Below, piece after piece: positions 16,639 through 25,792 of a stretch of DNA of 41,239 nucleotides. The first letter of the stretch is position 1. Each line of letters begins with the position of its first letter. The notes below the pieces were generated by a model. That model was given only the letters and a program-made list of their open reading frames with translations. It ran no database searches and had not been told where the DNA came from. The DNA lies in NCBI GenBank assembly GCA_040377305.1, contig JBEIPA010000038.1:1-41239 (forward strand). Direction: 5' to 3'. The DNA is from Flavobacteriales bacterium. Lineage in GTDB: Bacteria > Bacteroidota > Bacteroidia > Palsa-965. The translations under genes were made by a program, and so were the position numbers.

Positions 16639-19260
16639 ATGGCAGACAAAAAAGATAAAGACGGCAACGAAGGACCAAACGAACCGGTGAATCACGGCGA
16701 GCACAATGCGAAGCACGTGAATGGCATGTTCGAGAATTGGTTTCTCGATTACGCATCGTATGTAATTCTCGAGCGTGCAGTTCCATACATCGAAGACGGT
16801 TTAAAACCCGTGCAGCGTCGTTTGATGCATTCGATGTGGGAAATGGAAGACGGTCGCTATAACAAAGTGGCGAACGTTATCGGTAACACCATGAAATATC
16901 ACCCGCACGGTGATGCTTCTATTGGTGATGCGTTGGTGCAGCTCGGGCAAAAAGATTTGCTCGTAGACTGCCAGGGAAACTGGGGGAATATCTATACCGG
17001 CGATAGCGCAGCGGCTTCCCGTTACATCGAAGCACGTTTGTCGAAGTTCGCTTTGGATGTTGCATTTAATGCGAAGACAACAAAGTGGTTAGCAACATAC
17101 GACGGAAGAAACCGCGAACCGGAAACGCTTCCGATGAAGTTTCCATTGTTGCTTGCTCAAGGCGTAGAAGGTATTGCTGTAGGTCTTGCCTGCAAAATTC
17201 TTCCACACAACTTTATTGAACTCATCGACGGTTGTATTTCAGTACTCCGTGGACGCAAAACAGATATTTATCCTGACTTCCCAACGGGAGGACTTGCAGA
17301 TTTCTCGAATTACAACGACGGTCTGCGTGGCGGGAAAATCCGTGTTCGCGCACGTCTGAAAGTTAAGGATGCAAAGTCGCTGGTGATTACGGAGATTCCA
17401 TTCGGAACAACCACCGGAAGCCTGATCGACTCTGTGATTGCTGCGAATGAGAAGGGAAAAATCAAAATCCGCAAGATTGAAGATAACACTGCGGAGTTTG
17501 TTGAGATTCTCATTCACCTGCAGCCGGGAACCGACACCGACAAAACCATTGATGCACTTTACGCATTTACCGATTGTGAGATTTCAATTTCTCCGAACGC
17601 ATGCGTAATTGAGAACGAGCATCCACGATTCATGGGCGTGAATGAAATGCTGAAAGTTTCAGCGAAGCGCACAATGGATTTGCTGAAACTCGAGCTCGAG
17701 ATTGAATTACGTGAGCTTCAGGAGCAATGGCATTTCTCTTCTTTGGAGAAAATCTTCATCAAAGAAGAAATGTACATCGAATTTAAAGAGTACAAGGACC
17801 GCGAAACACTTTACGAATACCTTCACACGCGCTTCAAGCCTCACCGCAAGAAATTGCTGCGCGATATTACTGACGAAGATTTACATCGTCTCACGCAGAT
17901 TCCAATGATCCGTATCACCCGCTTCGATACAATCAAGGCGGATGAGAAGATGAAGGACCTCGAGAAGAAGATTGAAGTTGTTCGTCATCACCTCGCCAAT
18001 CTTACGGATTACGCTGTCGAGTATTTCAAAGAGCTCAAGAAGAAATACGGAACAGGTCGCGAACGCAAAACGGAAATCCGTCAGTTCGAAGTAATCGAAG
18101 CGCGCCAGGTTATCATCAACAACGAGAAGCTCTACGTAAACCGCGAAGAAGGTTTCATTGGCAGCGGCATGAAGAAAGACGAATTCGCTTTCGATTGCTC
18201 CAGCCTCGATGAAATCATTGTGTTCCGAAGAGACGGCGTAATGATGGTGACGAAAGTCGCTGAGAAAACCTACGTGGGTAAAGACATCATTCACCTTGCG
18301 GTTTTCCGAAAAGGTGATACACAAACCGTGTACAACATGGTTTATCGCGATGGCTTACGGGGTAATTCCATGATCAAGCGTTTCTCCGTCACTGGTGTAA
18401 CGCGTGATAAGGAATACAATCTCACACGCGGCGCGAAAGAGTCGAAAGTGCTGTACTTCTCGGTGTCTCCGAATGGAGAGAATGAAATTATAGATATCTC
18501 GCTTACAGAGAAGTCAGGTGCACGCAAGCTCGAGTTCGACATGGATTTCTCTTCCGTAGCGATTAAAGGCCGCGATTCGCAGGGGAATATCCTCACGCGT
18601 TATCCGGTTCGTAAAATTGTTCTTGCGGAACGTACAGAAGGAGAAATCAAGCGTCAGAAAGTGTGGTTCGATGAAAATACACATCGTCTCAACTACGAAC
18701 AACGCGGAACGTATATCGGTGTGTTCTTGCCCGATGAGAAGATCATCAGCGTTACACATCAGGGATTCTATCGTCTCACCGGCATTGAAACATCTGTTCA
18801 CTTCGATGAGGATATTATCCTGATGGAGAAATTTAATCCGGAAGCAACCACAACTTGCTTGTACTTCGATGGAGAATCGAGCCAGTTTTTTGTGAAGCGA
18901 TTCATTTTCGAACCAACGGAGAAGATCACGAAGTTCATTACCGAAGACACAGCTTCATATATTGAAGCGATTTCGAATCACCATAGCCAGAAAATCTCCA
19001 TCAAGTTTGCGAAAGTGAAAGGCGAGGAGCCTAAGCCGGAGAAACTGAATGCGGATGAATTCGTTGAGGTGCGCAACATCAAGGCGAAAGGCAACAAGGT
19101 GAGCAACCTGAAAGTGAAAGAAATCGAGATGGTCGATCCTTTCGCAAAAGTGTCGCGCGAAGAACTCGAGATGGAATCTGAAGAATTGTCGCCGATCGAG
19201 AAGCTGAAAGCGAAAGGCCCTAAGAAGGGCAAACCTCCTGGACAGGGGAAGCTTTTCTAG
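16639..19260 (+). CDS. parC: DNA topoisomerase IV subunit A
   Basis: DGLKPVQRR, YHPHGD, catalytic AAASRYIEARL, PDFPTGG; no GyrA box seen; Bacteroidota-type long C-terminus. Confidence 0.95.
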   Translation: MADKKDKDGNEGPNEPVNHGEHNAKHVNGMFENWFLDYASYVILERAVPYIEDGLKPVQRRLMHSMWEMEDGRYNKVANVIGNTMKYHPHGDASIGDALVQLGQKDLLVDCQGNWGNIYTGDSAAASRYIEARLSKFALDVAFNAKTTKWLATYDGRNREPETLPMKFPLLLAQGVEGIAVGLACKILPHNFIELIDGCISVLRGRKTDIYPDFPTGGLADFSNYNDGLRGGKIRVRARLKVKDAKSLVITEIPFGTTTGSLIDSVIAANEKGKIKIRKIEDNTAEFVEILIHLQPGTDTDKTIDALYAFTDCEISISPNACVIENEHPRFMGVNEMLKVSAKRTMDLLKLELEIELRELQEQWHFSSLEKIFIKEEMYIEFKEYKDRETLYEYLHTRFKPHRKKLLRDITDEDLHRLTQIPMIRITRFDTIKADEKMKDLEKKIEVVRHHLANLTDYAVEYFKELKKKYGTGRERKTEIRQFEVIEARQVIINNEKLYVNREEGFIGSGMKKDEFAFDCSSLDEIIVFRRDGVMMVTKVAEKTYVGKDIIHLAVFRKGDTQTVYNMVYRDGLRGNSMIKRFSVTGVTRDKEYNLTRGAKESKVLYFSVSPNGENEIIDISLTEKSGARKLEFDMDFSSVAIKGRDSQGNILTRYPVRKIVLAERTEGEIKRQKVWFDENTHRLNYEQRGTYIGVFLPDEKIISVTHQGFYRLTGIETSVHFDEDIILMEKFNPEATTTCLYFDGESSQFFVKRFIFEPTEKITKFITEDTASYIEAISNHHSQKISIKFAKVKGEEPKPEKLNADEFVEVRNIKAKGNKVSNLKVKEIEMVDPFAKVSREELEMESEELSPIEKLKAKGPKKGKPPGQGKLF

Positions 19261-19283
19261 TTGATTTAATGAGTCAAGGATTC

Positions 19284-19318
19284 AAAGATCCGATGAGACA
19301 ATCATCGGATCTTTTTTT
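19284..19318 (+). terminator. intrinsic terminator
   Basis: AAAGATCCGATGA-gacaa-TCATCGGATCTTT perfect stem followed by a T run, between convergent genes. Confidence 0.92.
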
Positions 19319-19334
19319 ATACAGCTATTGAACT

Positions 19335-21431
19335 TCACCACGGGTAGTAATTCGTGTTTAGGTCATAAACAGCCGGCGTCGGAAGCTCACCAATGCCATT
19401 GTAAAGCTCAACTTCTCCGCTCCTGTACACAACAAAAGTATTGTTGTACATCCCCGTAAACATCTGAACCTTCCATGCATCGCCGACTGGCGTAATCGTG
19501 AATGTTAGGTGTTGGTTCCACATTTTAGGTTCAAATCCCTCGTTTGCACACGATGAAACAAGGGAAACAGTTCCACTATTTTTTCCAAGAATCGGCGAAA
19601 GCAACGAGTCAACATATTTGTAGTTGAAGAACGTTGAACTGATAAAGGTGCCGTTCGCATACCCGGCTTGTATTTCCATCGGTGATTTGGTCTGCCAATG
19701 CATTGTCTTGAACAAACTATCAATAGAACGCTGATGGCTTCGGTAATCGCTTTCGGAAATGGTTGCCTGGTATTTGAATGGGCCTGGTTTAACTGAGGAG
19801 TCGAGTGGAGGCGGAGCACCGATGTGTTTGAGATAACTGTATAGCATTTCGACTACTTTCACTTCCTCGTTGATTTCTTTTTCAGTTTTGGTAATAGCGG
19901 TCGTGGAGTTGTGAAAGGAACAGGCATAAATGGTGTAGACCGTTCCTCTCAGCAACTTGGTTTCTTTGTTTGTAAGCGGTCCAATCTTGGGAAATTCAAA
20001 CGCCGTACAAACTCCTTTTCTCAAACCGTTTTCGTAAATACAGTTTTTGGTAATATGACCAGTACTGTCTTGCTCTTTCCATATCCCATTGAGCAATTGT
20101 TTCGTATAATGTTTCTCTGTCTTCAGTGTTCCATTCGGCCAGTTGTGCACTTCAGTTCTTTGCTCGTCCTTCGAGATCATACTGCGTGAAATTGTTCCGT
20201 TCGGATAGTACCAGGTAAAGTTCTGATCGTATTTATCACCATTCTTCTTCGTGTGGCTTTCCTGTTTCAATTGTCCATCCGCATAGTATTCAATAACATC
20301 CTGCGACCCTGATTTGAATTGAATGTTGCTGCGAGAAAGCTTTCCATCTTCGAAATACTCAACGGACAGCGTATCATTTTGCACACGATAGTATCTTTTC
20401 TGATTGAGTTGCCCGCTCTCATAGTAACTCCAGAACGACGTTTGTTCGCTTGGCCCATGCTCGAAGATTGTATGAGTCATCACATTTCCGCTTTCATAGT
20501 ATCGCGTTTCGAATCCTTTGCCGTCCGCCAATATTTTCTTTTCAAATAGCTTAATGCCTTTATCGGAATAACGGACAACGTGTGAGGTCGATGGATAAAA
20601 TTGACTGCCAAATTCGCGTTTCAATTGAATATTTCCGGTCTCAAAATACTCCGTCCACAAGCCTATCGGACCACCATTAACATAGTTTTCTTCTGATGAT
20701 ATTTTTCCATTGGAGAAATACCGAAGCTGTTTTCCGTGCGGACGTCCATCCACAAAAAAGCCTTTCAGAATCAGATTGCCTTTTTCATCGTATCCTTCCG
20801 CATATCCATTCTTGGAGGGATGGTAAGATGGATAATCGCTTACAATGAATTTATGTCTCTCGATCGTGGCAATTTTTCCGTTTGGATGATAAGTAATTTC
20901 ATCTCCGAATTGCGGATGGATATCCGTGTACCCTTCGCTGTCGATAAGATGTGCCGGTCGTGGCTCGAATTGTTTCGGATCGAGTTCTGAGGAATGTACC
21001 GTGCGGAATGACCGCTCCGAATATTTCACGCCATTGTGATAAATGATTTCTTTCCAGCATCTTCGTTTTTCTTTGTTGAGATAATAGATATGCTCTGTAG
21101 TCAACTGCTGATTCGGATTGTACATTTTGAGTTCCGCAATTACCGAATCGTGACTAACACGGCGGTACGTTGAATACGGGAACGTACGCACAAGGTCATA
21201 CAGATCTTCCTGCTGCAGGATACCGTTCTTGAATACACGCAACTGGTATGGCTTGGCGTTGGACTCACGATAACAGGTGTCCTGCATCGGTGTTTGATAG
21301 CTGCCATCCTGATAAAACGTCGAAAAGTAATATAGCCCGCCCTTACGGTTGTACATATTGAAATCGCAGAGTTGGGCACTTGATCTCAATGTGGAAAGCA
21401 AGAAAACAACGGCAAGTACAGAAAAGCGCAT
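19335..21431 (-). CDS. exported MORN-variant repeat protein (YwqK-like)
   Basis: Likely start ATG 21431 (MRFSVLAVV...SSAQ). Many YY-x-x-G / YxNG...G.W repeats. Confidence 0.85.
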   Translation of the reverse strand: MRFSVLAVVFLLSTLRSSAQLCDFNMYNRKGGLYYFSTFYQDGSYQTPMQDTCYRESNAKPYQLRVFKNGILQQEDLYDLVRTFPYSTYRRVSHDSVIAELKMYNPNQQLTTEHIYYLNKEKRRCWKEIIYHNGVKYSERSFRTVHSSELDPKQFEPRPAHLIDSEGYTDIHPQFGDEITYHPNGKIATIERHKFIVSDYPSYHPSKNGYAEGYDEKGNLILKGFFVDGRPHGKQLRYFSNGKISSEENYVNGGPIGLWTEYFETGNIQLKREFGSQFYPSTSHVVRYSDKGIKLFEKKILADGKGFETRYYESGNVMTHTIFEHGPSEQTSFWSYYESGQLNQKRYYRVQNDTLSVEYFEDGKLSRSNIQFKSGSQDVIEYYADGQLKQESHTKKNGDKYDQNFTWYYPNGTISRSMISKDEQRTEVHNWPNGTLKTEKHYTKQLLNGIWKEQDSTGHITKNCIYENGLRKGVCTAFEFPKIGPLTNKETKLLRGTVYTIYACSFHNSTTAITKTEKEINEEVKVVEMLYSYLKHIGAPPPLDSSVKPGPFKYQATISESDYRSHQRSIDSLFKTMHWQTKSPMEIQAGYANGTFISSTFFNYKYVDSLLSPILGKNSGTVSLVSSCANEGFEPKMWNQHLTFTITPVGDAWKVQMFTGMYNNTFVVYRSGEVELYNGIGELPTPAVYDLNTNYYPW

Positions 21432-21559
21432 GAGTCGATTTACTGGTGAATTATACTTTTGTAGGTAATACACGTTTTTCTTTCTAAAGTTCACCATTAA
21501 CGATGCTATTTCCGTCAGGATTCCACATAAGTTCACCAAGGAAATACACCTTACGCCTC

Positions 21560-21567
21560 TACGTTTG
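21560..21567 (+). promoter_or_regulatory. -7 element TACGTTTG
   Basis: Exact TAnnTTTG match upstream of the oxidoreductase gene. Confidence 0.45.
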
Positions 21568-21623
21568 CAACTGAGCTCCTCCCGAGATTAACTGTATACT
21601 TGTACCAACCAAAATTTCAATCT

Positions 21624-22268
21624 GTGTCAGCAGGTAAAACAGCCATTGTATTCGGCGCTAACGGACTTATCGGTAGTTATTTGCTTCCTGTGCTCTTCGC
21701 TGATCCCGAATATGATGTTGTCCTTGTATTTGCACGACGTTCATTGGGGATTGTCAATGCCAAGCTCGAAGAAGTCATCACCGACTTCAAAGACCTCGAT
21801 TCACTTCGCAAGCACGTTAAAGGTGATGTTGTTTTCAATTGCCTTGGAACAACCATCAATGTTGCCGGATCCGAAGAGGCGTTTCGCCGTGTAGATTTCG
21901 AACTCGTACGCTGGAGCGCAGTTGCTGCAGCTGAGAATAAGGTTCCGCGTTTTCTGGTTATTTCCTCTATGGGTGCCGACGAAAATTCAAAAATCTTTTA
22001 CAATCGCACCAAAGGCGAAATGGAGAAAGCTGTTTCTGCACTCGGTTTCAGGCAATGTGTGATTCTTCGTCCCTCAATGCTATACGGTCCGCGAAAAGAT
22101 TTCCGTTTCGGTGAACGGATTGGACAAGGTTTCATGTGGCTGTTCTGGCCTTTGATTCCAGGAAAGTATAAGTTGATTCACGCGCGTGCGGTTGCAAACA
22201 AAATGGCAACATTGGCGAAAGGTGATTTTAGCGGGGTAATGGAGAGTGGTGAAATAAGACGGAAATAA
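21624..22268 (+). CDS. NAD(P)H-binding atypical SDR (YraR / TIP30-CC3-like)
   Basis: GANGLIG, CLGTT, FRRVD, SSMGA, FYNRTKGEME and RPSML motifs. Start GTG 21624 or TTG 21600. Confidence 0.9.
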   Translation: MSAGKTAIVFGANGLIGSYLLPVLFADPEYDVVLVFARRSLGIVNAKLEEVITDFKDLDSLRKHVKGDVVFNCLGTTINVAGSEEAFRRVDFELVRWSAVAAAENKVPRFLVISSMGADENSKIFYNRTKGEMEKAVSALGFRQCVILRPSMLYGPRKDFRFGERIGQGFMWLFWPLIPGKYKLIHARAVANKMATLAKGDFSGVMESGEIRRK

Positions 22269-22307
22269 CGGAACTGGTCCGACAATAATCACTTCCCTTA
22301 AATCTTC

Positions 22308-23465
22308 TTAAGGCCGTACTTGTAATGGCGTGGTTGAAGATGATTCCTCACCTCGAAGAGTGATGAAGTACATTCCCGGTGCAATTCCAACGAGCGATAC
22401 AACAGTATTATTTCCCAGAAGATTACCCGTGGAAACGATCTGTCCGGTCAGTGTAACAACTTCATAGGTTTTGAAATTCGCTGCATAACCAGAGATTGTG
22501 CAGCTTTCCGTCGCTGGATTTGGGTAGAGTTCAATGGAATCTTCAGTTCCATCAGCAATTGATGTACATAACGTAGCGCAGGTTTGCTGAACACTCACAC
22601 CGTTAGAAGTGGTGGCCAGGGATTGAAAATTTTGTCCGGCAATGCAATCATTTTTAAGATGGAAGTCAAGCCACGGAATAATGTAGGAGAACGCAATCAC
22701 CTGTTGTTGTGCCCGGGTAATCGTTGGATTAGGACTACACGTTCCTTCACCAAAAGAACAATTGAAGTTTGAACTCGCAAAATAGCAGTGACCTCCGCCT
22801 GTGATACTCACATGAGTCTTGCATACAGATCCCAAAGAATCATACATGATCTGTTGGTGCTGAGCAGGAGGTGCAACACAATCGTTCGTACCCGACAGAA
22901 CTAAGGTTGGAACCTGAATTGAAGCAGCCGCGCTTACCGAAGATGGATTGGTAACAGCTGCAGCCAAGGTTACCATCGTGGTGATTGTACTATCGAATTG
23001 CATGGCAAGAAATGAGCTGCCTCCACCCATGGAATGACCCATCACAGCAGATGTGATAGAAACGGAATTGAAAAAGATAGAATTACTATTGGTAGATTCC
23101 GTTCGCATAGCTCCAATCACGAATGCGAGGTCTTGTCCGAAATCGGCATGCGAAGGAGAAAAGGAACCTTCTGTCGTTGGTAATGCTACAATGTATCCAT
23201 GCGGAACCAAACTGTCCCAGATAACATCATAAGCACTAACGGTCATCACAAATCCATGTCCGAATGAGACGACAGGATATTGCCCCGGAGATATCGGCAC
23301 ATTGTTACCTGCGGTTTGGGCTGGATAGTATACTTCGGTTGGAATACTACGATTGCTTCGTGTTGGATCAGTAAAGTTCATGGTGGTATGACCAACAGCG
23401 AACGGTTGTGCAACAGCATGAATTCCCGCGAGGAGAAACAAAGAAACAAGTGCAATAGAGCGCAT
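22308..23465 (-). CDS. T9SS-secreted alpha/beta hydrolase (dienelactone hydrolase / chlorophyllase / cutinase-like)
   Basis: Signal peptide; GHGF oxyanion loop; GHSMGGG nucleophile elbow; GTNDCVA acid; GGHCYF His; C-terminal LYPNP...GMYFI CTD. Confidence 0.9.
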   Translation of the reverse strand: MRSIALVSLFLLAGIHAVAQPFAVGHTTMNFTDPTRSNRSIPTEVYYPAQTAGNNVPISPGQYPVVSFGHGFVMTVSAYDVIWDSLVPHGYIVALPTTEGSFSPSHADFGQDLAFVIGAMRTESTNSNSIFFNSVSITSAVMGHSMGGGSSFLAMQFDSTITTMVTLAAAVTNPSSVSAAASIQVPTLVLSGTNDCVAPPAQHQQIMYDSLGSVCKTHVSITGGGHCYFASSNFNCSFGEGTCSPNPTITRAQQQVIAFSYIIPWLDFHLKNDCIAGQNFQSLATTSNGVSVQQTCATLCTSIADGTEDSIELYPNPATESCTISGYAANFKTYEVVTLTGQIVSTGNLLGNNTVVSLVGIAPGMYFITLRGEESSSTTPLQVRP

Positions 23466-23685
23466 AGCGTAGAGTATAGGCTGCGATATTAAGCGAAGCC
23501 TTTTACTAAATGCTTACCTCGTACAAATCAAAAATCAGGTGACTAATACTGTTCAGGTTTGGCTAAGCCTGGTGCAGGAATAGCGCAACAAAGCGGACTA
23601 CTGATCCGGAATTTGAATACAGTAGTTTCAGGATAATTCTTCTGGGATCAGAGATCCGGAAGAAAAATGAATGGTCTTGCTGGTA

Positions 23686-23931
23686 TTACGCATTCACATA
23701 TATCCAGAGCAAACATAAACCACCGATGATCATTGCATACTTCATCAGCGATTTGAGGAACGCTTGCTTTGTGTTGTGCGAACGGGTACCATATCTGTAA
23801 GGTGTAGCTGTTTTTCCCATGGCAGCGGGTTTTGATTCTTGTACGCCACCATTGGAGGAAATGTTCCTTTTTTGGACAAGGGATAGTCTCGCTTCGATGA
23901 GCATGTGAAAAGAATAGCCGAATTTATGCAT
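23686..23931 (-). CDS. small hypothetical protein with a C-terminal TM helix
   Basis: 81-aa ORF ending AMIIGGLCLLWIYVNA; start uncertain. Confidence 0.4.
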   Translation of the reverse strand: MHKFGYSFHMLIEARLSLVQKRNISSNGGVQESKPAAMGKTATPYRYGTRSHNTKQAFLKSLMKYAMIIGGLCLLWIYVNA

Positions 23932-23981
23932 GCATAGAAACGGCTATTCTCTTACTAGAAAAGGGATGTTAATCGCGGTTA

Positions 23982-24152
23982 CTACTGCTTGACGAATGCT
24001 TCCGTGTACGTGTCATCGCCCTGTCGGAAACGAATGGTGTATACTCCGGAAGGAAGCGCTGACAAGTCGGGTGTATTCTCCGAAAGATTCACTTCCTGCT
24101 GCTGTCCGTAAGCGTTGAATACTTCAATCTGAAACTCCTGCATGGTTTTCAT
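23982..24152 (-). pseudogene. orphan or truncated T9SS C-terminal domain (56 aa)
   Basis: Manual translation MKTMQEFQIEVFNAYGQQQEVNLSENTPDLSALPSGVYTIRFRQGDDTYTEAFVKQ*. Has the CTD motifs (FNxxGQ, LSxLPSGVY, FVK) but no YPNP, signal peptide or passenger domain. Confidence 0.7.
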
Positions 24153-24185
24153 GAGTTAGTTTGGGTTTGCCGATCACGCATAATC

Positions 24186-24236
24186 CCTGCCCGACTTCGT
24201 TTCTGACCTAAAATACCGCTCAGTTGGTCAGGCGGG
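24186..24236. repeat. small REP-like hairpin
   Basis: CCTGCCCGAC...GTCAGGCGGG (8/10 Watson-Crick pairs), with an alternative CTGACC/GGTCAG pairing. Confidence 0.55.
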
Positions 24237-24261
24237 CGCTCAATTTGCATGATTACTACTA

Positions 24262-24287
24262 AGACGCAGGAAATCGAGAAAGGTTTA
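24262..24287 (-). promoter_or_regulatory. candidate ECF-sigma promoter
   Basis: Minus strand TAAACC-tttctcgatttcctg-CGTCT, with AAC/CGT cores typical of ECF -35/-10 elements. Confidence 0.4.
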
Positions 24288-24294
24288 GTCTAAA

Positions 24295-24332
24295 CTTTGC
24301 GGTACTCTGCGACTTTGCGCCTCTGCGGTTAA
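24295..24332. repeat. short-unit intergenic repeat (CTTTGCGnn family)
   Basis: ctttgcggta-ctctgcga-ctttgcgc-ctctgcggttaa. Confidence 0.75.
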
Positions 24333-24377
24333 TGACCATGGAAATCTGGCCCTCACTACGAAGTCTTAATCCCGTTC

Positions 24378-24641
24378 TCACGAATTGTCCGGTAGGTTCT
24401 TCTCATAATCCCACCCTCCAAAACTTTGGGTCCATCCCTTGGTTTTATAACGATACCAAAAGTGGATACACAAGGAGAGAAACAATAAAGCTCCCAGTAT
24501 TATCCAATACCATTTCGAATCCCAGAAAAAATATCCGAACACAACGATCACTCCATACTTCAGAGCACGTACCCATCCTGATTGTGCATTCTTTGAAAAT
24601 GCAACTTCGTATTCGCGTCTGAGAATGTTTGATAGGCCCAT
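24378..24641 (-). CDS. small two-TM hypothetical membrane protein
   Basis: Likely start ATG 24641 (MGLSNILRREYEVAFSK...HFWYRYKTKGWTQSFGGW). Confidence 0.75.
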   Translation of the reverse strand: MGLSNILRREYEVAFSKNAQSGWVRALKYGVIVVFGYFFWDSKWYWIILGALLFLSLCIHFWYRYKTKGWTQSFGGWDYEKNLPDNS

Positions 24642-24678
24642 TATTGTCAATTCGCTTTCAGCAATGTAGCGTTTTGGC

Positions 24679-24696
24679 TCCCGATAGTTATCGGGA
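24679..24696. repeat. 18-bp palindrome TCCCGATA-GT-TATCGGGA
   Basis: Perfect 8-bp arms around a 2-nt centre in the divergent promoter region. Confidence 0.8.
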
Positions 24697-24729
24697 TTGG
24701 CGGTTAAATTAACAACCACCAAGTTAACT

Positions 24730-24737
24730 TATCTTTG
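24730..24737 (+). promoter_or_regulatory. -7 element TATCTTTG upstream of sua5/tsaC
   Basis: Exact TAnnTTTG match 7 nt before ATG 24745. Confidence 0.6.
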
Positions 24738-24744
24738 GAACGAA

Positions 24745-25707
24745 ATGCAGACCCAAACCGGTACCGATATTCACCACGCAGTAGATCTTCTCAAAGCGGG
24801 AGAACTCGTTGCTATTCCCACCGAAACGGTATACGGTCTTGCGGCTAATGCATTGAATCCGGATGCAGTACTGAAAATTTACGAAACGAAAGGGCGCCCC
24901 GCATTTAATCCGCTTATTGTACACGTACATGACTTCGGCGAATTTGAAAAGTACGCCAGTGAAGTTCATCCGCTGATCAAAACACTCGCTGAGAAGTTTT
25001 CTCCGGGACCGCTGACATACGTGTTGCCGAAGAAATCAATTGTGCCCGACATTGTAACGGGTGGAGGAGAGACGGTTGCATTACGCGTGCCCGGACATCC
25101 GTTAACGCTCAAACTGCTTTCTCAATTGGATTTTCCATTAGCAGCACCCAGCGCTAATCCGTTTGGATACATCAGCCCGGTGTTAGCAGAACACGTTGCA
25201 GAACAACTCGACGGAAAAATCCCCTACATACTCGATGGCGGACATAGCATGATTGGTTTGGAGTCGACAGTAGTAACTGTTGAAAACAACAAACTTGTCG
25301 TGCTACGAATCGGTGGTGTTCCTCTGGAGGATTTACATGAAGTTGCCGGCGAACTTGAACTGAGAATTAATCTTTCTTCCAACCCAAAATCCCCGGGCCA
25401 ACTCAAGTCGCACTACGCACCACGGATTCCTTTAGTGTTCGGTGATGTTTCGCAATTGATTCAAAGCCATTCCGGAAAGAAAATAGCTTTGCTGGTTTTC
25501 TCTGAGCGCAATCATTCTACCAATGTCGTTGCGCAGGAAGTACTGTCTCCCGCTCGCGATATCAAAGAAGCAGCCCGTAATCTATTCGCCGCGTTACGTC
25601 GATTAGATAAAACAAATGCGGATGTAATTCTCGCCGAACGGTTCCCTGAATTTGGTTTCGGACTAGCAATCAACGATCGCCTGGAACGGGCAGCTGTGCG
25701 TGATTAA
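24745..25707 (+). CDS. sua5: L-threonylcarbamoyladenylate synthase (Sua5-type: YrdC plus SUA5 domain)
   Basis: PTETVYGL, KGRPAFNPLIVH, AAPSAN, ESTVV, SPGQLKSHYAP and AINDRLERAA motifs. Confidence 0.96.
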   Translation: MQTQTGTDIHHAVDLLKAGELVAIPTETVYGLAANALNPDAVLKIYETKGRPAFNPLIVHVHDFGEFEKYASEVHPLIKTLAEKFSPGPLTYVLPKKSIVPDIVTGGGETVALRVPGHPLTLKLLSQLDFPLAAPSANPFGYISPVLAEHVAEQLDGKIPYILDGGHSMIGLESTVVTVENNKLVVLRIGGVPLEDLHEVAGELELRINLSSNPKSPGQLKSHYAPRIPLVFGDVSQLIQSHSGKKIALLVFSERNHSTNVVAQEVLSPARDIKEAARNLFAALRRLDKTNADVILAERFPEFGFGLAINDRLERAAVRD

Positions 25708-25792
25708 TATTGCACGTTAACGCACTGGGCGCGCACAACTGTACAATCAACATTACGTCTTAGGGTAAACTGTTAACTTCGGACTTCAGTTT

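Noticed and set aside
14699-19260. gyrB/gyrA or a phage/plasmid type II topoisomerase
   Set aside because: No GyrA box seen, sequences fit the Bacteroidota ParE/ParC type, and the context is housekeeping.
19335-21431. Toxin-antitoxin system suggested by the YwqK-like label
   Set aside because: No adjacent toxin gene; MORN-variant repeat proteins with signal peptides are common in Bacteroidota.
23466-23685. Possible riboswitch or ncRNA upstream of the hydrolase
   Set aside because: Only short, weak hairpins (TTCTTC..GAAGAA, CTACTG..CAGTAG) and no consensus I recognise; an Rfam scan would be needed.
23974-24710. Integron cassette array
   Set aside because: No integrase; only one GTTRRRY match and no convincing paired attC R''/R' structure.
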